From NCBI GenBank assembly GCA_030141605.1, contig JAQGDQ010000022.1, positions 1,178,001 to 1,242,000 on the forward strand: 64,000 nt of DNA, read 5' to 3'. A model generated the notes under the pieces. That model searched no databases. It was not told where the DNA came from and was given only the letters and a program-made list of their open reading frames with translations. Below, in pieces: positions 1-12,000 of this stretch (the stretch's first letter is position 1; each line of letters begins with the position of its first letter). Source of the stretch: Tubiluchus corallicola. Taxonomy: Eukaryota > Animalia > Priapulida. The position numbers and the translations under genes were made by a program.

Positions 1-3000
1 ACTGACCTGCGAGAACTATATTCAGTACTTCCTGAAGCAGATCCAACTGCACTGGCTAATGCTTCAACGGTACTCAGCGTTTCATTGATACCTCCAAAAC
101 CATCTACAAAAACAATACGTTTCACAGTTCAACAAAAGCAAATGTTCGACTCACTAGTGTAATGGTATCATAAACAGCTGGAAGGGACTCATTGCACCCA
201 TGTTAATGCTATGAAATGCCACTATTCAGAGAAGCTAAACTGGTTCCCGTGCATTCATCTTGTAATAAGTGTGAATTCGATTGTAATTTTGCCACTGAAT
301 TTTCTCACAGAACTAAAGTAATTTAATGAATGTCAATTTTTTTCCTGATTTTCAAGTTGAATGTGCAAACATTTAACTACCTGGTTCCTAATTTGCAACT
401 ATGATATTAACAAAAGAAAAACAAATCCCATTAATAAAACTTGGAAAATTAAATAACACTAACCTACTATTTATTGTCGTACACCAACAATAATTCGAAT
501 GACCTCCTAACTAGTTATTTTGAAAAAAAGTTTATCAGCCTTACCAGTGTCTGCATCCTTGTTAGATGTAGGAAAACAAGAAGCAACTGCTATGTGAAAA
601 ATATTCCTGTTACTGTCGCATCTCTCTTGCAAAACTTGCTGCAAACGATTACTACCATCTGTAACCAGCAAAGCTAAAATGTGTTTGATGCTTTCGACGT
701 CACTTCGGAGAATGTATGGTATCAGCAACTGATTCTAAATAAAATGAAATGAAGTGAGACAAATGAGCCTCATAAAAGAATAAATTAAATAACTACTTAT
801 CAAATGAACTAAGAAACAAATGTCGCTTTACTAATGAAGTAATGTGGCAATGACCAAGCTGATGTTGTATGGCGTGCTATGACATCATATTGTACAATAG
901 AGAACAAAAGTTCAAAGCTTGTCATATCAGTAAGAGTGTAATATAATTGTGAGACACCTACTAAATTTAGATATTAGTTAGCGAGAAGTCTCAACATAAG
1001 TAAAGACAAAAGACAACTGATTAGACACCAGACATTGTCATTAAAATGCTGCAGCCACAGTGAGTTAAACAACACTGCAGTGCACTTTTCTTATCAAGAA
1101 AGCAGATAATTCAATGTCACTCTATGTCTATGCCATTTGTAGATGTGATGAAACAGAAATAATTTTTAACTGTAGTTCACATTTTTATATATAGACTGGC
1201 ACTCTACACGATAGAATCCAGCATTCAGCGACAGGACCTATTTAATTTAGATGGTTGCAGTGGGACTGGATATGATTATAGATGAAACACTGAACCATGG
1301 AGGTGTCTCAGTTACATTTGAACATGAATGCACTCAGCCCATCACTCAACAAGGTAAACAGCCAGAACTAGTATGATGAATTAAATCTCCCTTGGAACTG
1401 AACCTGAGCACTTATCTATCCAGCTGCTGATTAGCATCGGCGGGGTTACCTAACTTCTCCACACACACACACACTAAACAAACACTATTAATGTTTCCTT
1501 TAGTTCAAATATGATTACGGAGAACTTTACCTCAAGTGCCAAAGCAATGACTGCTGCTCTGTTTTTTACCGATGATGGGACATTATATAAAGACTGTACT
1601 CCTATGCCGAGACATTTCAGAGGCGGTAAGCTCACCCACATGGGATCACGGATACCTTCTAAACAATCACGAGCAAGAGGATAAACAGCTTTGTTCCCGT
1701 CAAGCAAAATCATCACAGAATCCTGAAAAGAAAATATTCACTTTTATGTAAACTAATTAATATAATGTGAAATGTACCAAACTTGAATACTTAAAAGTTC
1801 AGACGTCTCTCACTAAGCTCATTAATGTATAAAACTAATTAAAGAACAAAACCAAATATACATTTGCAATTAGGTGCAAACTGAATAAAGAAACCTACAG
1901 GAAAACATGAAGTATGAAAATCATTTACATTTTAGTAAAAGCAACTGCTTATATATATAAAAAAAAAAAAAAAAAAACAGAACCCAATAAATCCTTGTCT
2001 TCATACAACAATGTTTCCTAAAAAGAGGTTTAGCAACTAGAAGAAAAACCAATTACCAATACAAATACATGAGTAATGAAATATTTTAAAAACTGAATAA
2101 TTTGGAATTAGCTACACTGCCGAAATCATTATAAATCACATAAATTTATAATTACAAAACTTACCATAATTATAAATTTATTACAAAATTTATCATGATT
2201 ATAAAACTTATTATGATATTTATCTGTAATAATACCTCTCCGCCATTTAACATGGATACTGATTGCAAGGAATGTCCAACGAAACCCTCCGCACTGGTAG
2301 GAAATGTTGACTCTTGTTCTACCTTACCACTGCTCAGATTGTAGACAGCAAATGTCAACTTGCCCTTTGATTTCATCAAGCAACGCATACCTAGGAAAAC
2401 ATGCAGTGCTATAGAAAAGACACAAATTTTCATAACTATTAAGTGACCTAAAATGCATTAGAAATCAGATAAGTGGTACACAAATACAGTGAAAATAGCA
2501 ATCACGTAATAACAAAAGAAGCCTGTATAAAAGTATTCAGGTCAAAAATGAGCAAAAAAGGTAGAAAAAACCATAATTTTTAATTATATTCCAAAATAAT
2601 GGCTGAGTGAGTCACCAAAATGCTGTCTATATGCTTTCAATATGGAATGTTAACAACATCAAGTACACTTAACTCACCAAAGACTCAATGCTACATGCTT
2701 TACCAAAGTTTCAGTAGTAGTAGCAGATATGGAAATAAGCAATTATTACACAGGATTCAACAAAAATCATGTCCAAAAATTCAGGTAAATTATGTACAAA
2801 AATTAACATTAACAAAAACACTGAAAAGTTGTCTTTAAGAAATGTAGAAAGTCAGAATGTGCCTTGAAAACAGCAATACCTTGACAGTCCACAGTCAATG
2901 AAATTATGTACCCGTGTTCAGAAATGTTCACTCTGCGAGGTGATTTTACGAAACAATCCGGTACTCGCTGAGCGCTGGATGATTTCACAACCTGAAACAA

Positions 3001-6000
3001 ATAGAAAACATCATTTTTGACATTTTTGAAAAACACCATGCTCACTTTCCATAAAGATCAGGCAAAAACATCCAGCTAGAGAGATAATGCAATTATGGGT
3101 CTTAGGATTTACAACCCCAAGTGCTGAAAAAAGCTGAAAATTCCATGCAGCAGGTAATCTGAATCCGAATTACTTTCAGCGATAATAATTTTGTAATAAA
3201 CCAAGCCTCACCTTAGAATATTAGTGTATAATTTTCTGCTTTGTTAAATAGAAGCTACTTTTTCCATCACTTCGTAAGCTAAATATAATTTTTTATGTAA
3301 TGAAACTACATCAGAATATCGGGAAATAATGACTGAATTTTTTTATTCAAAACTTAGTCTGAATAGGAAATGTCAAATATTTTCAAAACCATCTTTTCAG
3401 GACCTTCTTTTTAAGAAACATAAGGATGCCAATCTACAATAAAAAATGCACTCACAATACCACATCCCTTTGTCAGTTTATTAGAAAGTTCTGATTAATT
3501 TAATTGTAATTTCTCTGATTGAGACAAAAAGGATGTTACTATGCATTGGAGATAAGCTGTTATGAGGAAATTATGCTACAAGTGAAACAATTTCCTGTAA
3601 ATGAGGAAAACTCCAATGTAAGACGATCTAGGAAATCACTTAATGATAGAATCAATCATGAAAGTGAGCTATATCTCTGCTGTTTGTCTCTTAACATGCT
3701 AGGTTATGTGAAAGTGAAATTTTAACGTGAAACAAATTCTGAATAACTGCTTTCTAACTTCCAAAGTGTTAAAATATAAAACCTATATTGCAAGATATAT
3801 TTTTAAATACAAACAGCTAAACAAGGATAGTGGCCACTCAGATTAGGAGCTATAAATAAAAATCGAGAATATGAATTATAACGGAGAGAAGAATTGTTTG
3901 CAAACATTCTTCTTGGAGAAAGTGAAGTTTTTTTGGTAAAGAATTTTTTGGAAAATGGATAAGTGACCCGAGGAAAACAACTCAATTTTATGCATACAGG
4001 AATGACCACCAACAGTAAACTAAACAGAATTGAATACCCTGTACAGACCATGTCAATGTTCACAAACCAGTGAGGGTAGAACCCAAGTGCACATACAGCA
4101 AAAGCAGAGATAAAACAGTGAATTCAAAGACCTGCTACTTTAGCGAAAAGAAAGATTCTGAGAAACAATTTTTTTATATTTGTTTTTCAATCAGCTGAGG
4201 CAGCACAAGGACACTCAACAGACAGCATAATATGAGTGCTGCAGATAACTGCACCATGTCTTCCTCGCAAATTCACAAAACATCTCTAGAGCATAATTTG
4301 TATGGTTTTAAATGGTTCTCCATTTAATAATATGATATGAACTGATTTGTATTTCTTACTTGATGTCTTAACTTGTGCAATGATAATAGTATTTCAATAA
4401 AAATCAAAGTACATTAGTAAAAGAAATGTTCTATAAGTTACAAATACTTTCAACTACAAATGAAAGAGAGAAACTCTCTTTGAAGTTGTGAATCTCAATT
4501 TAGCCAAAAAAGAGAAGAAGTTAATACCAATGTTGCACCAAATAGCAACATTTTATTACCACTTAACATCGTGATTTCTAAAGCCTTTTTCTTCTCTCAC
4601 TACAACTGCACTTGCTTCAAGAAAAATATTAACTAATATTAACTAATAGTTTTTGTCACTTGGTCATAAGAATTTTAGCTTTTCATTCGATTTCATATTT
4701 TTAATTTTTATCATGTAACGTCCTAGCCTGGTTAGTCTTGTCTGGTTATTTATATTAAGAAAATCAAATTACTTAAATAAAACGTATACGTGGCTTTTGG
4801 TGAAAGCTAAATGATTCGATACACATTATATTAAAGTTTTCATACAAAATAAGCAATTACAATATTAAATTATGCAAATTAAAATGTGTGGACCAAAGTT
4901 GTACAATATATTCATATAAATCTAAAAGCATTGACATGCCAAATGTACATCCCCTCTACAAGTTTACAAGTAAATACTAATAAAGCTAAACACGAAGCTC
5001 AAAAAATCAGTGCATCAGTCTATGATTTAAATAAGGAAACATCAATCAGTCTAATGATCACAGAACCGTTACCTGTAATTCATCTTTGCGTAACATCCTA
5101 CAATCTTGCAGCAGAGATAAGGGATCATCCGACTTGGCAGTTTCCTTTGGCTCCTTTCCTGCTTCTAGACTGAGGAAGTGAATTAGAGCATATGCACCAT
5201 CCACCTTACAGAAACACAAATGCAAAATCTTTTATATAACTAGACAATTAAAACAAACATACATCTAATGAATAATGAATAATTAACATTGCTGGCTAAA
5301 AGTCAAATCATAAGCTGCAACAAAAAGATCAAAAGCAGCTGAGTTAGTTTTCATGACTATTACCTGATAATTCGATAATACAAAGTAAAACATTGTTGTT
5401 GCCTTTATGATTCAGCATAATTACCTCTAACACATTTTACAAGATTCATTAAAGGGGAACATGTGAAGTTACTAGCCTGGGATTTGAACAAAGAACTATC
5501 TGAATACCAGAAAAGATCTAAGATTTATATTTTCAGTCTCATAATTATACAATACTGTCAAACAGCAGCAACAACTTTAGAATCTGTTTATTAACTGCTG
5601 ATAAAATGAAATATTTAGTTACTATTTGTTTTAGTCATTTATTTGCAGTCATAGTCATGTAACACACTTACCTTAAGTACTCGTCCAATGGGAACAGATT
5701 TCACATCTTCTATAAATATTACATCCTTCAATGGCCATGATTCTTCAGTTTTAGCATGGTAGTCATAACCAGATCCATCCTTGGATGTGTTAGACAGTTG
5801 CCGTTTTCGTCTCTCTGTTAGCAAGATAAAAAAATCGGTGTTTAGTTAATGGGTATCAACACCTGATCAAGAACCAAACGAGCAAATAAAACTTTTTGTT
5901 AAGTAATATTCACTACTAAAAATAAGCACTGCACTCCATTATTTTATACGAATAAACAGGATCAGGTTCTTTGGGTACGCGACGCTTAGTCTAATACCGT

Positions 6001-9000
6001 ACATAACAGCTTGAATTCGAATCTCAGTATCACTTGTATTGGCTCAAATCGCTAGTTATATGATTATTTATTGGTGGATGTTCCGAATCCATTGTAGTAG
6101 CCTGTGCTAATTATGTCAGGGTATTTACATAAGGGACACTGTCTACTTATTTCTAGCTGATAGGAGATTTAAGATGTCCTATATATCTACCACAATGGAT
6201 ATCAAGAATTAATTAATTAGTAATCTCTACAACAAAATGCAGTTGTCGGTTATCTTATTTTTACAGTCACAAACCCTATGCTATAGTTACAATCCACAAA
6301 ATCCAAAAAATGTATGAAAAAAGTTGTCTTTGGAAAGTTACAAATTGATGAAAATTAATGCACTGCACAAAGTCAGCAGGAAATTCTACAGGAAACTGCA
6401 GAAACAGGAAAGTCCGGCAATCGACACTTCATCGAATCATTTATGATTTGCTTGCATCCTACAAATATCAGCTCAAAAGAAGTTTTCTTAAGAGAGAAAT
6501 TTTATTAGAGCAAGACAGGAGTCATGGTACAACCAAGTATTGAGCTTTTCATGATCATCTGCGCTGGTATATTATGCTGTTGTGATTCATCTTTATGGAT
6601 TGAGCCAACGATATGTCCATCACCTGGCGTCATTTCTCCATGTACTTGCGGAGTAATGGCTTGGTGGAGCATGGTGGAGTGTACAAACATTGGAGCAAAT
6701 CAACTTCAGGGAATAATTGCAGATATCGATACTCCAGTCTTTCAGTTGCACATATATAATTACACAGAAAAGCAACTCCCAGATGAATTTCTTCGTGGTA
6801 AAAACATCGGCAGCTTTAGCATACGATTTAGCGACAAGCTCAGACGCATTCATAGACAAGATTTGGCTGGAGTGAAGAACTTAGAACATCTAGAAATCTC
6901 AGACAACCCTAAACTGTCACGGATACAAAAAAACGCTTTTAATAACTTAGCACACATAGAGTCTATATTCATAAAGAAAAATCCTCAGCTGACAGAAATT
7001 GATTTGAACTTGGATCAACTCAGGAACCTGAAATGGTTGAATTTCGGGGATAACACGATTACCAGATGTCAATTAGCACTGAGTCCTACAGTAGATCCAA
7101 GGGAGATCAAACTTATATTAAAAGGTATTTACATAGTAAAAGATTCAATAACTCTAAGATTCAATAGTTACATGAACTAAATAGCACCTCATACTCTGAG
7201 ATTTAAAGCAAATCTGAAAATATTCTATTGATGGTTTTGCATGAGTATTATTACTTTATTTCATTTTGTGAATTTTTAAAATTTCTAAACATAAACTAGA
7301 AATGTGCTTAAGAGTTTTATTCTAAAATTAGAAGCTACTCTACTATAGAACAAAGCCCAGTTCGCTTCGCCCAACACTCAGCTGTAATAGTAGAAAATCT
7401 TTCTTCTAGAAAATTGATTAATCAGAATTGCTTACTGGATCAAGAAAATTTGAAATAAATGTTTTAACATGTAGTAAAAAGTTACACAGGAAGAGCATCA
7501 AGTTTAAAGGAAAACCTGACCCAATCTTAAACTATAGGTCAACATAATCTACTCTTTGAAATATTGAAAAGGAAACACACTATTTTTTTCAAGAATGACT
7601 TAAGAGAAGGAGTTTATTACTACACAAGTGGAACGAGTGAGCACAGGAGCAAACTTGAAATTTGAATTCTTAAAACTTGCCAAGTTTTAGTACATCTTTT
7701 ACAGTAACACTGTACTTCAGCCTTCGCTTTCACAGACAAATGCAACACGCTTGTGAAATATTTTTGCTGTTGAAAATTATGTTCGTTTGTGATGTCATCA
7801 ATAGTTGGGCTTTCCCGACATTATTTAATATTTTAATCTATTATTTAATTATCAGAAATGCTTTTGTAGTATTATTGGTGTTAAAATGTATACCTTTTAC
7901 CGTACTTCAAAATGGATTAGCATATGGAAAATCATCCTGTCCTCCTTTAAGGTCTTTGCACATTGCTCTGTGGCATATTTTACAATATTTAATTTAACAG
8001 TTGCTTAAAGGTCCCAAATGCTTTAGAAACAGAATTTTCGTTGATTAGTAAACTTATGTAGTAGACCTCCAGAAGCCAATTAAGCTGTAACTGTACTTCC
8101 TAAGTGGTTCTTCCTAGGTAAATAATTATTCTTTAATTAATTTTGCCACCAAAGTCTAGATGCTTAAGAGGCAGTTCAATCAATTTCTGATCAAATTATC
8201 CTACCATTACGGGTCACTACTATTACAAATCAGACCATATTACAGTAAAATTTCTCAACTTTGCTTCAGGAAACCCAACAGAATGTGAATGTAAACTTCA
8301 CTGGGATGATGGCCACAGTACAAACCAGGCTGTACTACATGCTACAAACAGTTATAGGAGAAGGCACATACGACCCCTTCTACCTACAAACTGCAACAAG
8401 GGAGACCAAGGAGAATAACTAAACTGTAATTCCAAGATAATGTAATAAAATCAATTTGGGAGTAAATCAAAATGTATATATATATATTGGTAAATCAAAA
8501 AATATATCATTTACTATCCTTGTCGATAAAGAATTATCTGTAGGTCTGTATTTTGTATATTAGGTGAAACCCAACAGAACCTTACTATTTACTGACTGGT
8601 AAAAACAAAAATACAACGTAGAACAAGAATGTCGGATGTTGTAGACAATTAAATTCTGCTAGATCCTGTATGAGTGAACATTATTTCAATATACATGAAC
8701 ATAAAGATTACTTGATCATCATTATCACTTGTAGAATGAATTACATACTTAGGGGGCCTGGGCTAGGAAAAGCACCGGAGTCGCTACACGTTGACGAAGC
8801 AGGCGAAGGAGGTGGAGGCATGTCTGGCTTGCATTCAGCTGACGAAGAGCAAGAAGAACCGGATTTGCCTTCAGATTTTCCCTCAGGTGGTTTTTTCACT
8901 TCGGATTTACTTTCACCAATGCTGCTGCAAATAATAATAAAATCATCCAACCCAACAATTTTAGCAATCTGCCTCACTAGTACTTTCTATACACTTCAGC

Positions 9001-12000
9001 ACCCTGTAAAACAGCATCAAACACTTGTACATTGCCTATTTATAATGACAACGGTTGTAGCAGAACCAAAACCTAGCTCGCTATCAAGAATAATCCTGTA
9101 ATAAGAGAAAATGAACTAGCAAAGTTTTAGATACATTTGATTATGTATATATCTTCCCACAATGAGAAAAACAACAAGTGGTAGTACAGCAGACAAAATC
9201 ACCAGGAAACAGTTATCCCCGGCAATCATACATTGGTTTACTAACCGGGCTTGATGTTGCTTAACTTCTGTCAGCAGCCACACAGTGTGACTACAAGACT
9301 TCCCTTACCTTAAAATATCAACAGAATGTAATTAACCTAAAAGGAGATATAATTTAATTCCAATTTGAAAACAATGAAAACCAAAAAACACACATATTAC
9401 AAACTATGACGCACACTGCAAACAACAAGTAGTAAGAAACATATATGGCAAAATTGTGGCTATATTAACATCAAACAAACGCCATAAGGTGGCCTATTAG
9501 ATGACAGACTTCAATAAATTGTAATAAAAAGACAAGCTGCACAAGATAAGAAACCTTTATGGGCTAGCAAAATCATGTGCAAAAACATTTTGACGGTAAT
9601 CTAGAATTTATTATTGTAATTTCACGAAGTTTTCGTTTACTATGGTTAACTCACTAACTGAATCATAAGCAAAAGCAACTTAGTAGAAAGCTATGAGGCA
9701 GACAATAACAGTAAGTTAGCAGCATCTGTGTGCAAAAATTAACCATTAATGAAAAGACATATTGAAACCTTTGTTTGATGTTTGACTTATTAAAAATGAT
9801 GAAGCCTTTAGTGTATTAACTTTGTATCCATGAATAAATATATAAATATTAATATATATTAATAGCCCATAATAGTTTTCTAGTGCTTACCTCTTTGATA
9901 CCAACAAAAATGAAAGGTCAAGATTCTAGTGAATAAAATTGAAAACTTAAGTAGGAAATTAAGTAGAAAAATTGTAAACGAAAAACATAATAAGATCTAA
10001 GAAGTGTCATACCTTGTATTGCCAGGTAAAATGCGAAATCTGCATGAATCGTTGAGACTCCAAGCTGATTCCAAAAGCTGACCAACTTTTGGCTTTCCAC
10101 CTATAGTAGTGAAGCCTACCGCTCCAATATGGTACATGGGACTGTTTCGCAGACACACCTTCAATAACATAAAAAACACAATCACTTATTTTTCTAAATA
10201 ATGCACCACCTAATACCAAATAAAGTTACCAAGCATCTAGCAAAGATAGTTTGTATATGAGTTTTTTTCTATATTACTTAGGGGGAGGGGGGAGAGGGGG
10301 AGAGAGGGGGTTGATAAAGTAAAGTAATATTACCTGACACCCCACAGATATATCTTGATGGCCCGATGATGAACTACCTTGCTGCTTGCGTACTTTGTTA
10401 CGTATCTTTTCCCACATCTTTTTTCGTTGCCCAAATGGCAGCACACCCCTAATTAAAACAATAACATCAGACAGGAATATCAAATAGAAAATGAATATAA
10501 ACATGCTAGTTTCAGTTGTCCTACATATGAAAGAATACACAGCAAACGTAAAAAACGAAATCAAAGCATTGAAACATTGAAATAAGAAACATTGAAACAT
10601 ACATTGCCTGCTAAACAGAAAATTATAACTCAACATTAATTCAAAGTTGCATGCTGTCACTTCAGATTGTGCCTTCTGACATTTCATTAAAACCATTCAA
10701 AACTTTGCATAATTCAAATTGCTAATCCCACTGTGTGCACATACTCCAGATAGCACTGATGCACACAAGAGTATTATAGTTAATCACGTCTGACCACCAA
10801 ATGCCTTATAGCTTTTGGGCTGCATGTCATCTTTGACCTTGAACCAACCACTTATGATCAGTAAATATTCCTCTAAAAACTGCACCCCATATGGTATTAT
10901 ATAGGTTAACCAAGTCCGGCTGTCAAAATAGTAAGATTTTTTGAATTGTAACCAACTTTGAGCAATCATTCAATGTCACCAACTACCCCTCTAAAATCTG
11001 CCAAACTTGGTTCTGTGAGTTTTGTAGTCACTGACCAACTCAGTTGCATCACTGCTGACAAGCCTAGACCATCCAGGAAAAACAGTTTAAAATGGACATC
11101 GTTCCTATACTGATGACTTTTACTTATTGAAAGACAATCTTACCACCAGTAAAGCACTCCACTTTCAACTCGAGCACACGTGTACAATGAACAGGTGTGC
11201 AATGATATGATTTTATCACTGCAGAATTCCGGAAACGACATTGCAGGATGTTCTAATTTAGCAGCCACTAAATCAAGAGCATCATCAGCAAATGTTGCAA
11301 CCTAAAAAATTAACAACACTCTAAGATGCATTTGTAAATTAACAACACTCTAAGATGCACTTGTAAAAAAATGTTGTTTTACCTTTTTATTAGTTTGCCA
11401 CATTATATCCCAGCATCTAGCTTTCAATGGCAGAGTATTATTATGATTATCTACTGATTATTATGACAATGGATATGGCAGGATTGTAACCTAGTTGATT
11501 ATCAACAATATTTCACTAAGACAAGGCAGTAAGCTGATAATGGTGTGTTAGTCATACACAAATACACATACATCCTTTCAAAGAGAGAGAGAAATAGCCG
11601 GAAACAGAAATAATACGGCAGCAGAAAATTGCCCAAATTTTTTCATTTTTCGAGCAATCATTTTCATGGCTATCACATTCATTTGGTAATAAGGCCGAAT
11701 TAGTCTACAAAGTGGAAGGTTGTTTAAAGAGCTCTATTTAAGAATATTGCCCAATTTTTTTCATTTTTCGAGCAATCATTTTCATGGCTATCACATTCAT
11801 TTGGTAATAAGGCCGAACACAGAATCATCTTAATTTCAGATTAACAAAAATCAATCAGCCAAATATTCAAATGCACATAATTCATTAATTAGACTACTAC
11901 ATGGAAGGTTGTTTAAAAAGTTCTATTTAAGAATATCAATGAACAACCTATACCTTTCCAGATTCAGTTAGCAATGAAGCACGAACGGTACATGATGCGA

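Noticed and set aside
1390-1460. tRNA-like A/B boxes on the minus strand (also GAATTCGAATC near 6013)
   Set aside because: No cloverleaf could be folded; at most old tRNA-SINE debris, not tRNA genes.
7125-7180. C-terminal tail of the 218-aa ORF 6524-7180
   Set aside because: Read-through into the intron; the donor at 7124/7125 and exon 8270-8418 supply the proper LRR C-cap.
8925-9003. Alternative UBR5 acceptor TTTACAG at 9004-9006 and the ORF start MRQIAKIV
   Set aside because: All three frames hit stops before the conserved sequence; the CAGCAG acceptor at 8922-8927 fits the phase.
8670-9101. 143-aa plus-strand ORF (also 14575-14823, 44822-45124, 53220-53498, 54939-55169, 56185-56418)
   Set aside because: Antisense shadows of real minus-strand exons.
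9210-9272. Functional 5S rRNA genes
   Set aside because: Only partial, diverged internal segments with no intact 5' end or terminator; treated as SINE heads or pseudogene fragments.
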